From positions 18,813 through 82,812 of the forward strand of contig JAEHCM010000001.1 in NCBI GenBank assembly GCA_020696365.1: DNA of 64,000 nt, written 5' to 3'. The notes under the pieces were generated by a model. It made no database searches and had not been told where the DNA came from. It saw only the letters and a program-made list of their open reading frames with translations. This document shows positions 19,124 to 29,900 of the stretch, piece after piece. The translations under genes were made by a program, and so were the position numbers. The DNA is from Thermoplasmata archaeon. GTDB lineage: Archaea > Thermoplasmatota > Thermoplasmata > UBA10834. Positions within the stretch are counted from its first letter, which is position 1. Every line of letters starts with the position of its first letter.

Positions 19124-19534
19124 TTGTGGCTACCCGGCATGCTGTTCTTAGGAGGCATGTGTCTCATTGCCGCCTCAGTCGTCACTGGCGAAGCGGATAT
19201 TTCACTCGTTGTTATCATCCCGGTCATCTCCGGCACGGGGGGCGTCTTCCTGCTGGGAATGCTCCTCGTCGTGGCGGGACTAGTGCTCGGCTTCGTCCTC
19301 GTGGCCATGGGGCAGACCGCGTGGGCAGATCATCAGGAACCGGCGAGAATGGACGAAAACGGGCTCCATCATGCCAGAAGAGAGAAGAGAGAGGCCAGAT
19401 ACGGAGGGGTGGTGCTCATCGGACCAGTGCCGATCGCGTTCGGGTCCAACATGAGGATGGCTATAACGATGTTGGTCGTTGGGATCATCATCACCATCGT
19501 AACGCTAGCCCTGATCCTCTTCGCCTTCGATTAG
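19124..19534 (+). CDS. DUF131/TIGR00304-like small membrane protein
   Basis: Three TM helices and the conserved YGGVVLIGPVPIAFGS motif. Confidence 0.7.
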   Translation: MWLPGMLFLGGMCLIAASVVTGEADISLVVIIPVISGTGGVFLLGMLLVVAGLVLGFVLVAMGQTAWADHQEPARMDENGLHHARREKREARYGGVVLIGPVPIAFGSNMRMAITMLVVGIIITIVTLALILFAFD

Positions 19535-19726
19535 AACCCGAAACTCCTCGCCGACGCTGACATCATCCATCGACGCGGCACTTCTCAATTCAGACATCAA
19601 CGTGATGTAGTACGAGTAATCCTTTCCTTTGTTCCTCACCGCGCGCCCGACGGCGCGCTCGAGAGGCTCCTTGCGCTGCCTTATGCGTGCAGCCTCCCGG
19701 AGAATCTCTATGTCGTCCTGGTTCAT
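19505..19726 (-). CDS. Hypothetical small protein (73 aa)
   Basis: Begins 3 nt after the guaAA stop on the same strand, with plausible composition. No family recognised. Confidence 0.5.
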   Translation of the reverse strand: MNQDDIEILREAARIRQRKEPLERAVGRAVRNKGKDYSYYITLMSELRSAASMDDVSVGEEFRVLIEGEEDQG

Positions 19727-19729
19727 CGC

Positions 19730-20305
19730 TCAACCCTTCTTGCAGACCTCACAGACGTCCAGGAACGCCTGGAATATCTCGTAGCCGTTGTCGGTGTGCT
19801 CCACCTCAGGGTGGAACTGCAGCCCGTAGAGCGGTCGCGACTCGTGCTTCATGGCCTGGACTGGACAGGTCTCCGAGTTCGCAAGCAGCTTGAACCCTGG
19901 CGGCAGTTCCGTGACCTCGTCATTGTGCGACTCCCACGCGACGAACGTCTCAGGCAGCCCCTTGAAGAGGTCGTCCTCGTCGACGACGCTGACCAGCGTC
20001 TTGCCGAACTCAGGTGTGGCGGAGGGAACGGCCTTTCCGCCGAGACGAAGCGCCATGTACTGATGGCCAGCGCATATCCCCAGGATGGGGACGTCCAGCT
20101 TATCGATGTACTCCCCGCACATGCCCATCGCCTCCTCGTCGAGGCCAACCCTGGGAGAACCGCCGGACAACACCAGCCCGTCGGCGTTTATGGATTCCAG
20201 AGGCGTACTGTTAGGGACGATGGAGGTTTCGACGCCAAGGTCCCGCAGTACGCGCCATTCCCTATGAGTCCACTGGCCACCGTTGTCCACCACCAGGATT
20301 CTCAT
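19730..20305 (-). CDS. guaAA: GMP synthase, glutamine amidotransferase subunit A
   Basis: MRILVVDNGGQWTHREWR, GICAGHQ catalytic Cys, FHPEV. Confidence 0.9.
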   Translation of the reverse strand: MRILVVDNGGQWTHREWRVLRDLGVETSIVPNSTPLESINADGLVLSGGSPRVGLDEEAMGMCGEYIDKLDVPILGICAGHQYMALRLGGKAVPSATPEFGKTLVSVVDEDDLFKGLPETFVAWESHNDEVTELPPGFKLLANSETCPVQAMKHESRPLYGLQFHPEVEHTDNGYEIFQAFLDVCEVCKKG

Positions 20306-20381
20306 GGAGGAGGGAACAAACCAGGAGTATAAAGCCTCTGCTGAGAGATGCTTTCCGTAAGTTCGACAAAGCAGGGGGCGC

Positions 20382-21329
20382 CTATTCCCATTCGATGGTC
20401 GCAGGCGGTTTGTCCGTGATGTCGTACACCACCCTGTTCACGCTGGCCTTCATCCTGTTGGTTATCCTGGTCGAAATGGACTCCAGGACGTCATGGGGTA
20501 TCCTCATGTAGGTCGCGGACATGGCGTCGACCGATTCGACGGCGCGTACCGCTATCGTATACCCGTACGCCCGCACATCGCCCTGGACGCCGACGCTCTT
20601 TACGGGGAGGAGCACCGCGAAGTACTGCCATGGAATGTCCATCTTCCCTGCGGCCGCGGCCTTCTCGATCTCCTCTTCGACGATGGCGCAGGCCTCGCGG
20701 ACGATGTCAACGGATTCGCGCGTTGGCTCGCCCATGATCCTTATCGCCAGTGCGGGCCCAGGGAAGGGTTGCCTCTCGGCGACCTCTATCCCAAGCGCGC
20801 GCGCGACCTTCCTGACCTCATCCTTGTACAGGTCCCTCAGAGGCTCCACGAGCTTCAGGTTCATGTCTGAAGGCAGGCCGCCCACATTGTGGTGCGACTT
20901 TATGGTGTCCCTGAGGCCGCCGCCGCTCTCTATCCAGTCAGGGGCTATCGTCCCCTGCACAAGATACTCGGCCCCGGACTTGGCCGCCTCCCTCTCGAAC
21001 ACGCGGATGAACTTCTCGCCGATTATCTTGCGCTTCCTCTCAGGGTCCGTCACACCCTTGAGCGCGGCGAAGTACTCGTCGCTAGCATCGACCACGATGT
21101 GGTTGACGCCCAGGCGTCGGAGCATCTCGTCGACAGCCTTAGTCTCGCCCTTCCTCATGAAACCGGTGTCCACATACACCGCGATGAGCTGGTCGCCGAG
21201 GGGCCTGCTCACTATCGCGGCGCAGACCGTGCTGTCGACCCCACCGGAGGCGGCGATGATCGCCTTTCCCTTGACCTCGGAGCGGGTCTTCTCCACCTGA
21301 TCATCGATGAACTTCTGCGGATCGAACAT
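20382..21329 (-). CDS. guaAB: GMP synthase, ATP pyrophosphatase subunit B
   Basis: SGGVDSTV PP-loop and a C-terminal PPATIEWE. Confidence 0.9.
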   Translation of the reverse strand: MFDPQKFIDDQVEKTRSEVKGKAIIAASGGVDSTVCAAIVSRPLGDQLIAVYVDTGFMRKGETKAVDEMLRRLGVNHIVVDASDEYFAALKGVTDPERKRKIIGEKFIRVFEREAAKSGAEYLVQGTIAPDWIESGGGLRDTIKSHHNVGGLPSDMNLKLVEPLRDLYKDEVRKVARALGIEVAERQPFPGPALAIRIMGEPTRESVDIVREACAIVEEEIEKAAAAGKMDIPWQYFAVLLPVKSVGVQGDVRAYGYTIAVRAVESVDAMSATYMRIPHDVLESISTRITNRMKASVNRVVYDITDKPPATIEWE

Positions 21330-21794
21330 CTACATCTCAACTTCCTGCGAGTCCTTGGCCACATTCTCCTTGAGCCTCTGCCTGTGAGCCTCCAGAGCTT
21401 CGGCGATCCTTCCGTCCTTGAGGGAGAGTATCTGGGCCGCGAGTATCGCGGCGTTCTCGCCCCTGTCGAGGCCGACTGCCGCCACAGGGATCCCCGGTGG
21501 CATCTGGACGATGGACAGGATTGCGTCGAGATTGAGCGCCCCGCTAACCGGCACGCCGATCACGGGCTTGTGGGTTCTGGCAGCTATCACGCCTGGAAGC
21601 GCCGCTGACAGGCCTGCGATGGCGATGAACACCTCGGCATCCGCCTCGGCGACCAATCTTTCGACGAGCTCGGGCGTCCTGTGAGCGCTGGCCACGCTCA
21701 CCTTGTACTTAACACCGAGCTCCTTCAGCACTGACGTGGCCTTCTCCGCCACCTTCCGGTCACTCTTGCTGCCAAGGACAATCTGGACACTCAT
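21330..21794 (-). CDS. purE: N5-CAIR mutase / AIR carboxylase catalytic subunit
   Basis: [24 protein letters not shown]. Confidence 0.9.
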   Translation of the reverse strand: MSVQIVLGSKSDRKVAEKATSVLKELGVKYKVSVASAHRTPELVERLVAEADAEVFIAIAGLSAALPGVIAARTHKPVIGVPVSGALNLDAILSIVQMPPGIPVAAVGLDRGENAAILAAQILSLKDGRIAEALEAHRQRLKENVAKDSQEVEM

Positions 21795-21840
21795 GGAAAA
21801 GGGAGAGGTCGAGTTTGTAGAAAAAAGTTTGCGCTTAGAG

Positions 21841-22146
21841 TCACGATTTCATTATCGCGAGCAGGAAGACGCCGATTGCGGCAAGAGCTCCAATGACCCC
21901 GGCGAGGATATACAGGAACGCGTCCCATATCACCTTGCTCATGTTGACATCGATGATCTCGACCGAGTCGAGGCCCATGACGATCCACAGGACACCCACG
22001 ATCAGGCCGATGGCCAGAAGGGCTGCGCCGATCATTCTGCTCTTACCACTGCCGAAATACGCCGTAAATATGCCCGCAAGGAGCATGAATAGGGCGAACA
22101 CAAGTATGACTACTGTCAGGAACCCAAGAAGCTCCATTTGACCCAC
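21841..22146 (-). CDS. Hypothetical small membrane protein (3 TM)
   Basis: Three clear hydrophobic helices. No family recognised. Confidence 0.55.
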   Translation of the reverse strand: MGQMELLGFLTVVILVFALFMLLAGIFTAYFGSGKSRMIGAALLAIGLIVGVLWIVMGLDSVEIIDVNMSKVIWDAFLYILAGVIGALAAIGVFLLAIMKS

Positions 22147-22164
22147 CTTCTGCGACCAATTGCC

Positions 22165-22398
22165 TCAGAATTTTATACCTGTCAGCGTCTTCGTGTCGAT
22201 CACGCCAGCAATCGAACGTACCTTGTCCACTACCACCTGTCCGAGGAGGTTGAAGTCCTCTGCCTCGATCTTAGCGATCAGATCGTACTCCCCAAAAAGA
22301 GGGTGCAGCTCCACGACCTCCTTGACTTTGAGGAGCTCGTTGTAGACCTCGTGCTCTTTTGCCGGCGCTGTGCTTATGAGTATAAAACCCACGGCCAT
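22165..22398 (-). CDS. Stand-alone Lrp/AsnC RAM-domain protein (77 aa)
   Basis: AVGFILISTAP..EHEVYNELLKVKEVVELHPLFGEYDLIAKIEAEDFNLLGQVVVDKVRSIAGVIDTKT. Confidence 0.85.
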   Translation of the reverse strand: MAVGFILISTAPAKEHEVYNELLKVKEVVELHPLFGEYDLIAKIEAEDFNLLGQVVVDKVRSIAGVIDTKTLTGIKF

Positions 22399-22504
22399 CT
22401 GGTCATCACCAACTCCAATAATGGACTAACCGGTCATAAAGGTTTCGACCTTGAAATTCTGGCTCGATGTTCCGACGACACGGGGTCGACGGTTTCTCCG
22501 GAAG

Positions 22505-23428
22505 TCACACTCTCTTTCTTCGTGCGGCCCGTCTCTGAATCATCTCCCAGGTCGGCAACACACTCTGGGCGCCAGTGCTCTCGACTACGAACGATGCGGT
22601 GGAGGCACCGACCCATGCGCACTCCTCTATCGGCAGGGATCGACTGAGGCCCGCGTAGAAGCCGGCCCTGAAGCCGTCGCCCGCGCCGGTCGTGTCGACC
22701 ACCCTGTCCGGGGTTATCGCACCGACGACCACCTCGTCGTCGTCTGTGATGATCCTACTGCCATCGCTCCCGCGCGTGTGGACTATCATGCTCGCGTAGG
22801 ACAGGAGCTCGTGGTCGTCCTCCAGGTTGAGGTACCGCTTGGCCGTCTCCAGCTCGGACGAGTTGAGGAACAGAACATGGCAGTACTCCAGTATCTGCCG
22901 AAGGGTCTCGGGAGTGTACACATAGTGGATCTCCTGTGCCGGGTCGAAGCAGACCGTCCGCTTCCTCCACCTGGCACGCCTAGCCACCTTGAGCATGTAT
23001 GCCGGTCTGCCAGTTCCGATGTGTACGAACTTCGACGAGTCGACGGTATGGGTCCTGAGAGGCAGCCTGTCCTGCTCCCTGACCGCCCCCTGATCGACGA
23101 ACCCGATCTGGTTGTGTTCCGAATCGGATATCAGTATGATGAACGGCGTCCGGTGCCCTCGTACCTTGATGATGTCCGTGACATCGACACCTACCGTCTG
23201 CAGGGCGTTCTTGAACTCATCAGGGAAGTCGTCGCCCACATGGCTCGCGAGAGCCGTCTTGACATCCAACGCGGCGGCGATCCTGGCGAGGTTGGCCCCT
23301 GTCCCGCCGAAGAACTCGCGCCGACCAACCAGCTCGACACACGTGTTGGGGTCGGGAAACCTGTCGGAAGAGTAGATGATGTCGATGGCAGAGTGACCGT
23401 AGACCCCCAGAAAATTGCTCTTACGCAC
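22505..23428 (-). CDS. PfkB-family (ribokinase-like) carbohydrate/nucleoside kinase
   Basis: GGTGANLARIAA and the C-terminal DTTGAGDGFRAGF anion-hole motif. Confidence 0.85.
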   Translation of the reverse strand: MRKSNFLGVYGHSAIDIIYSSDRFPDPNTCVELVGRREFFGGTGANLARIAAALDVKTALASHVGDDFPDEFKNALQTVGVDVTDIIKVRGHRTPFIILISDSEHNQIGFVDQGAVREQDRLPLRTHTVDSSKFVHIGTGRPAYMLKVARRARWRKRTVCFDPAQEIHYVYTPETLRQILEYCHVLFLNSSELETAKRYLNLEDDHELLSYASMIVHTRGSDGSRIITDDDEVVVGAITPDRVVDTTGAGDGFRAGFYAGLSRSLPIEECAWVGASTASFVVESTGAQSVLPTWEMIQRRAARRKRV

Positions 23429-23531
23429 GACCTCACTCCGGCTATCCGTATCGACTCCACCGTACTTGAAAATAGGTCTGCTCCATCGTACCAGACGCTT
23501 CGCAGCGACCTATATGAAGCCAGCAGGTGCC

Positions 23532-24836
23532 TCAGGTGCCTTCCTTCCAGTCCCTGAGGTACTTCTTCTGCGACTTCGTCAACCGGTCTATCTTGACGCC
23601 CATCGTCTGGAGCTTCAGGTCCGCCACGTGTTTGTCGATGTGGTCGGGCACGTCGTATACGTTTGGCTCGAGCGACCGTACGCTGAAGGCCATGTACTCG
23701 AGGCTCATGGCCTGGATTGCGAAGCTCATGTCCATTATCTCTGCGGGATGGCCCTGTCCAGCAGCGAGGTTCACGAGCCTCCCGTCCGAGAGCAGATAAA
23801 CCTTCCTGCCGTTCTTCAGCGTGTACTCGTCCACCGAATCGCGCACCTTCCTACGCTTACTGGAGACCTGCTTCAGAGCCGTCTTGGATATCTCGTTGTC
23901 GAAGTGACCGGAATTGGCGAGCACGCAGCCGCCCTTAATCTGTCTGAAGTCCCGGGCTGTCAGGACGTCCTTGCAGCCAGTGGCGGTCACGACCATGTCT
24001 GCCTCCCTGACCGCCTCGGCCATTGGCTTCACTGCGAAGCCGTCCAGTCTGGCCTCGATCGCGCGGATCGGGTCGATCTCGCATACGGTGACATCCGCTC
24101 CCAGGCCCTTCGCACGCATGGCGATGCCCCTGCCACACCAGCCGTAGCCAGCGACGACGAAGCACTTGCCCGCAATCACCAGGTTCGTGGCCGTCATTAT
24201 GCCGTCCATGGTGGACTGGCCAGTGCCGTATCTGTTGTCGAACATGTACTTCATGTAGGCGTCGTTCACCGACATCACGGGGAACTTCAGTGTGCCGTCC
24301 TGGGCCATCGCACGGATCCGCATTATGCCAGTCGTCGTCTCCTCGTTCGCACCCTTCACGCTCTTCAGGAGGTCCTTACGCTTCGTGTGAAGCAGGAATA
24401 TCAGGTCGGCGCCGTCGTCGATCACGTAGTCGGGCTTCATGTCGAGGACGCGGTTGAGTGATTGATAGTAGGCCTTCTGGGATTGACCCTTCTCGGCGTA
24501 TGTCTCAAGACCGTACTCCTCGTTGAGGGCGAGGGCGACCGAATCGTCGGTCGACAGCGGGTTGCATCCGGTCAGGAGGACCTCTGCACCGGCCTCCTGG
24601 ATGGTGAGCGCGAGGACCGCGGTCTTCGCCTCCGTGTGCAGAGCCATGCCGACCTTCATCCCCTCGAAGGTCTGCTCCTTCACCATGCGTTTCCTTATCT
24701 CCGCAAGGACCGGCATGTGAGTTCTAGCCCATTCAATTCGCTTGATACCTCTATCGAGCAACTCGTTCGTCCGCATCGTATCGGTCCGTCTAACCATGTG
24801 CGACTTAAAAACATGTTGGCCCGTGGCCGGAAACAT
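23532..24836 (-). CDS. ahcY: Adenosylhomocysteinase-family hydrolase
   Basis: GMALHTEAKTAVL, GCNPLSTDD, VVAGYGWCGRG NAD-binding motif, HFDNEI. The likely true start is MRTNELL at 24776. Confidence 0.9.
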   Translation of the reverse strand: MFPATGQHVFKSHMVRRTDTMRTNELLDRGIKRIEWARTHMPVLAEIRKRMVKEQTFEGMKVGMALHTEAKTAVLALTIQEAGAEVLLTGCNPLSTDDSVALALNEEYGLETYAEKGQSQKAYYQSLNRVLDMKPDYVIDDGADLIFLLHTKRKDLLKSVKGANEETTTGIMRIRAMAQDGTLKFPVMSVNDAYMKYMFDNRYGTGQSTMDGIMTATNLVIAGKCFVVAGYGWCGRGIAMRAKGLGADVTVCEIDPIRAIEARLDGFAVKPMAEAVREADMVVTATGCKDVLTARDFRQIKGGCVLANSGHFDNEISKTALKQVSSKRRKVRDSVDEYTLKNGRKVYLLSDGRLVNLAAGQGHPAEIMDMSFAIQAMSLEYMAFSVRSLEPNVYDVPDHIDKHVADLKLQTMGVKIDRLTKSQKKYLRDWKEGT

Positions 24837-24837
24837 C

Positions 24838-25599
24838 TCAGTCGCCGAGGCCGAGGTTGGATGCTATGGTCTTCATGACGGCCCCGAGGTTCTCCGCTCG
24901 GTCGTACTTGACCAGGGCGTTGTCCAGGGCGTCCTCGTCTCCCAACATCTCCTCGGCATATCCCGAGATGAGCGGGAATGCCTTCGTCACCTCGTCGACC
25001 ACCGTGACGTCCGCGGTCCGCGCCGTCCGGGACATCGGGTTGAGGTCGATAGCCACGACCTTCTTGCCCATCCTGGTCAGCGCCTCCGTCCTGTCACCGT
25101 CCTCGAGCGCGACGAGCACGACATCGGCAGAATGGACCCCCTCGCTTGAACAACGACCGCGCATACCCTCGAGTCCGGGTATGCTCTCGTCCGGGAAGAA
25201 TCCCACAACTTCGGTCGCTCCGTTGCTCTCCAGCACGGCCTGTATCTTGGACACCCTTTCGTCAGATCTGTGGAACAGGTTGATCTCGATCCTTGCGCCA
25301 ACCGTTTTGGCGAGAGCGATCACCTCTCGAGACGCGAGCGCTGCCACGTTCCCGTTGACGGATATCACAGGGCGTTCCGATCGCAGGAGAGCTGCGGCAG
25401 CGGCCCTCGCTGCGATCCGAGCCTCCTTCGTCGTCCGCTCACCCAACAGATAGTACATCGCCTCGCCCCTGCCGTGAGCGATCAGCCCCTGCGGCGCGAC
25501 GATCCCACCCTTGAACCCTTCCACTAGGCGCTCGCGCAGGATTAGGGAGTCGCGTCGGGGATGCGTCTCGGGTATTTCTGTCATGATACCACTTGTCAT
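24838..25599 (-). CDS. 4-phosphopantoate--beta-alanine ligase (archaeal phosphopantothenate synthetase, DUF137/COG1701)
   Basis: HPRRDSLILRERL, GLIAHGRGEAMYYLLGE, ISVNGNVAAL, VAIDLNPMSRTA. Confidence 0.8.
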   Translation of the reverse strand: MTSGIMTEIPETHPRRDSLILRERLVEGFKGGIVAPQGLIAHGRGEAMYYLLGERTTKEARIAARAAAAALLRSERPVISVNGNVAALASREVIALAKTVGARIEINLFHRSDERVSKIQAVLESNGATEVVGFFPDESIPGLEGMRGRCSSEGVHSADVVLVALEDGDRTEALTRMGKKVVAIDLNPMSRTARTADVTVVDEVTKAFPLISGYAEEMLGDEDALDNALVKYDRAENLGAVMKTIASNLGLGD

Positions 25600-25688
25600 G
25601 ACCGCCTAATCGCCGTAAGAGGCGGAACTAACACCAATGAGATTGGTGCTCAACACTTAAATACATTGAGAAAAACCTTATATATAAC

Positions 25689-26000
25689 ATGGCACATAGG
25701 GCGCTGAGCGCAAATTATAAATATGATTCGGTGAGCGGATTGAAGCTTCTTGGCGTCGTGCAGGACATATCACACGACGGGAGGCTCATCGTGAAGGCGA
25801 GATTCGCCCCGAGAAACGGTGCAGTTGTGCGCGATAATCTGAAGGTGATGATCGGTAGGGTGGCGCGGGTCTTCGGCCCCGCGCGATTGCCCTACGTGGC
25901 AATCCGTCCTGAGAAGGATATGAGGACCCTTGCCATCCTAGGCAAGGAAGTCTACGTGTTAGAGGAGGGGGACCATGGCAAAGGTAAGAGAAGAGACTGA
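25689..26000 (+). CDS. gar1: H/ACA RNP protein Gar1
   Basis: [18 protein letters not shown]...[18 protein letters not shown]. It sits directly upstream of tfb, and its 3' end overlaps the tfb start by 26 nt. The true start may lie downstream of 25689. Confidence 0.75.
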   Translation: MAHRALSANYKYDSVSGLKLLGVVQDISHDGRLIVKARFAPRNGAVVRDNLKVMIGRVARVFGPARLPYVAIRPEKDMRTLAILGKEVYVLEEGDHGKGKRRD

Positions 26001-26907
26001 GCAGATCGAGAAATGTCCTGAATGCAACAGCGCTCACCTCGTCCGAGACTACGAGCGCGGAGAGCTCGTATGTGAGGACTGCGGGATCGTCCTCGACGAC
26101 AATCTGATAGACCAGGGGCCCGAATGGAGAGCCTTTGACGTCGAGCAGGGTGAGAAGAGAGCTCGAACGGGTGCCCCTATGACATACACCATACACGACA
26201 AGGGGTTGTCCACGGAGATATCGTGGAAGAACAAGGACGCCTACGGGAAGAGCATACCGACGAGGAATCGGGCGCAGCTCTACAGACTCAGGAAGTGGCA
26301 GCGCAGGATCAGAGTGTCCAACGCTACGGAGCGCAACCTCGCGTTCGCCCTCAGCGAGCTCGACAGGATGGCTTCCTCGATGGGGCTCCCGCGCAACGTC
26401 CGCGAGACCGCGGCGATGACCTACAGGAAGGCGGTCAACAAGAACCTGATCAGGGGAAGGAGCATAGAGGGCGTGGTCGCCGCGTCGCTGTACGCTGCGT
26501 GCAGGCAGTGCAACGTGCCCAGGACCCTTGACGAGGTGGCGAACTCCTCGCGCGTGGGCAGGAAGGAGATCGGCCGTACGTACAGGTTCATGACGAGGGA
26601 GCTCAAGCTCAAGTTGATGCCGACCAAGCCCCAGGACTACGTGTCCCGCTTCTGCTCGGAGTTGAAGCTCTCGGGCGAGGTGCAGGCCAAGGCGATGGAG
26701 ATTCTGAAGGACGCCGCCGAGAAGGAGCTCACCTCCGGCAGAGGTCCGACGGGCGTTGCCGCGGCAGCGATATACATATCATCGATCCTGTGCAACGAGA
26801 GACGGACCCAGAGGGAAGTAGCGGACGTCGCTGGGGTCACAGAAGTCACGATCAGGAACCGGTACAAGGAGCTCACCGAGAAACTCGGCATAGAAGTGCA
26901 GCTCTGA
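25975..26907 (+). CDS. tfb: Transcription initiation factor IIB (TFB)
   Basis: N-terminal Zn ribbon CPECNS...CEDCG, B-finger region, and two cyclin-fold repeats ([18 protein letters not shown] / [16 protein letters not shown]). Confidence 0.95.
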   Translation: MAKVREETEQIEKCPECNSAHLVRDYERGELVCEDCGIVLDDNLIDQGPEWRAFDVEQGEKRARTGAPMTYTIHDKGLSTEISWKNKDAYGKSIPTRNRAQLYRLRKWQRRIRVSNATERNLAFALSELDRMASSMGLPRNVRETAAMTYRKAVNKNLIRGRSIEGVVAASLYAACRQCNVPRTLDEVANSSRVGRKEIGRTYRFMTRELKLKLMPTKPQDYVSRFCSELKLSGEVQAKAMEILKDAAEKELTSGRGPTGVAAAAIYISSILCNERRTQREVADVAGVTEVTIRNRYKELTEKLGIEVQL

Positions 26908-26974
26908 TTAGCTGGTTTGAAAAATTAAGGGGTTTAAGAGGTTTGAAAGAGCGTGAGCGCTCTTCGCTCTGCAC

Positions 26975-29900
26975 CTACTCCTGCATGGGAGGTGCGGGGG
27001 TCTTCTTCCGGCGCATGAGCATCACGGCCACAGCTGCGAGCACGATGATCGCGAGCACGATGCCGCCGATCAGGAGGGCGCTTATCCCTCCGCCTTCGGT
27101 CACGGTGAAGTCGACGCTCGTCTCCACCATGTTGCCCGCCTTGTCGTAGGCCCGCACGTCGACCGTGTGGTCTCCGACCGCGAGGTCGGTGAAGTCCCGC
27201 TCCGAGACAGTGCCGACCGATATGTACGATTCGCCGTCGACGCACACCTCGATGCGGTCTATGCCGCATCCAATGTCAGTACAGGTCCAGGTTATGGTGA
27301 CGGTTGTGTCTCTCGTATCCATGCCGTCTTCAGGCGAGGTTATGCTCAGCGACGGATCCACGGTGTCCACCATGAAGGTCACACCGATCGTGGCGGCGTT
27401 GCCAGCGTTGTCAGTCACCCGCACGGATACCATGTGTGTTCCCTCGGCAAGTGCGGTAAATTCGTGCGAGCTGCCGGTCACCGTCGTCCACGCTCCGGCG
27501 TCTAGCTCGACCTCGATGGTGTCTATCCCGCTCCCGGTGCCGTCAGAGGCGGTCCATGCAACGGTCACCGAGGAGGCTCCCAGGCTCGAACCGTTCGTCG
27601 GGGACGTTATCGACACTGTCGGCGCCACTGTGTCGACCATCACCGTGAAGGTGACAGAGGCCATCGCAGATGGGTTGCCAGCGAGGTCCGTCGCGATCAC
27701 GTCGACTGTGTGCTCGCCATTCGCCAATCCTGTGAACTCGTGTGATGAGTCGCTCGCCACGGTCCAGGTGCCTCCGTCGAGTCTCACCTCGACGGTCTCG
27801 ACACCGCTCTCCGCATCCGAAACAGTCCATGTGACCTCGACGGTCGCTCCGACATACGCTCCTTCTGTGGGTGCGGTTATCTCCAACTCTGGACCAATGG
27901 TGTCCACCGAGAAACTCACTGATACCGCGGCTGCGGTGTTGCCTACGCCATCCGTCGCTCTAATGGAGAACTCGTGCTCGCCATCCGTCAGCGAATACAG
28001 TGCGAACGGAGAGCTCGTAACCGTCGTCCAAGCGCCACCGTCCAGGCTGCCCTCGACGAGACCTATCCCGCTCGAAGAGTCCGTTGCGGTCCATGCCGCC
28101 AACACGTCTGAAGATGACAGGATCGCCCCGGTCTCAGGCGCGGTGATCTGGACCGTCGGGGCCGTCGTGTCGACCTCGAAGGTCACGCTGGCGGTGTCCT
28201 CGTTGCCTCCACCGTCAACTGCGCTGACAGTGACCGTGTGCAACCCCTCATCCAGGTCGGAGAACTCGTATGAGGTTTCGCCCGTGACGTCTACCCCTAC
28301 GCCGTCATCCAGCTTAATCTCGATGGCAGACACTCCGGAACCCAGGTCCGTCGCATTCCACTCCACCGTTACGGGGGCTCCGCCTACGACCTCGTCGTCA
28401 TCCGGAGAGAGTATGTAGACCACAGGTGGGTTGCTGTCTAGCACGAATGTGACGCTGTCCGTACCCGTATTTCCGGCCTCGTCCGTAACGCGTACGTCAA
28501 TCGTGCGCTCCCCGTCCAGCAGTTCGGGGAACGTGGTCGACGCGCTGTCTGCAACCTCCCAATCGCCGCCGTTCAAGCGGATCTCTGTGAGCACCACATC
28601 GGTTCCTGTGCCGTCTGAAGTGTACGTCGCCAGCACGTCGTGCGACGGCAGAACCTCGTAGTCAATCGCGACCGTCGGATCCACGGTATCGACCGTGAAA
28701 CCAACCGACTTCACAATGGCGTCGTTCCCCGCAAGATCCGAAGCTCTCATGCTGAAGGTGTGCGTCCCTTCCGAGAGGTCCGGCAGCGTCATTGTACCCA
28801 CTGCTGCCCCGGCATCTGTCCAGGAGGGGGAGGTATCGAGCTTGTACTCGACGGTATCCAAATCGACGCCGGTCCCGTCGTCGGTGACCTCCCAGGAGGC
28901 TTCGACCGAGTCAGTGTCGTACACGAAGCCGTCTTCGGGTGAGAGTATAATTATCTCGGGCGGTGTCCCGTCGACTCCGAAGATCACCTCATCCATGTCC
29001 CAGTTGCCGGCTTTGTCGGTTGCATTCACCTGGACCGTGTGCGTGCCTTCGTCCACGTTCGGGATTGTCGTCGAATTGGTCATAGCGATCTCCCAGTCGC
29101 CATCGTCGAGTCGCACCTCGACCTTCTCCAGCCCTGAGCCGAGGTCTGATTGCTCCCACCTCACGTATACATTGGTAGTGACAATCAGTGTTCCATCAAC
29201 TGGTTCTCTAATCACCACGGTTGGATCGATCGTGTCGACCTCGAATGTCGTGGTGGCCGTGTCGTCGGCGCCAGCAACGGACACTACGTAGACTGTGATC
29301 GTGTGCTCTCCGTCGCCCAAGTCGTCGAACGTAAAGGAGTCCATGCCAGTGGCATCCTCCGGGTCTCCGTCGTCTAGCCAGACCTCTATTGATTTAATGC
29401 CAGAGACTGGCTCATCGATGGTCCACCGCGCTTCAACCGTGACGGTGTTGATCGCCTCCCCATCCACCGGCGCCTCGATCGTAACGGACGGTTCTGCCGT
29501 GTCCACAACGAAGGATATCTCCTCGGTTGTCTCCCATTCTACCATGTCCGTCGCGGACAGAAGGATCGTGTGATCCCCATCCGCAAGACCGCTCAGGGTC
29601 TCGTCCAGCACGATTTCCGGGCTGCCCTCATCCACGTCGAGCATCTCCGGGTCATCCGAGTCTACCTGGTAGCTGGCGGTACTGAGCCCGGAACCGACGT
29701 CGCTGAATGTCACATAGAGGCCGACAGAGGCGGTGCTTATGACGGGATCGATGGGTGGATCGACTGTAACATCCGGTGGGGTTGTGTCGACGAGTGCTGA
29801 CGCATCTGGCTCGTCAGGTGCGTCCTCCTCATCCCCTAGCCCGTTGACCAGTATGCTGTAGAAGTCGTACACGCCGTCGTCTTCCGTTGCCTCGAACTCC

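Noticed and set aside
22451-24461. Long plus-strand ORFs 22451-23557 (368 aa) and 23415-24461 (348 aa)
   Set aside because: They are Arg/Pro/Val/His-rich antisense shadows of the well-supported PfkB kinase and ahcY genes.
27165-29291. Plus-strand ORFs 27165-28418 (417 aa) and 28695-29291, which are Ser/Thr/Val-rich
   Set aside because: They are antisense to the giant surface-protein gene. Their composition mirrors the complement of Asp/Thr/Val codons, and they have no motifs.
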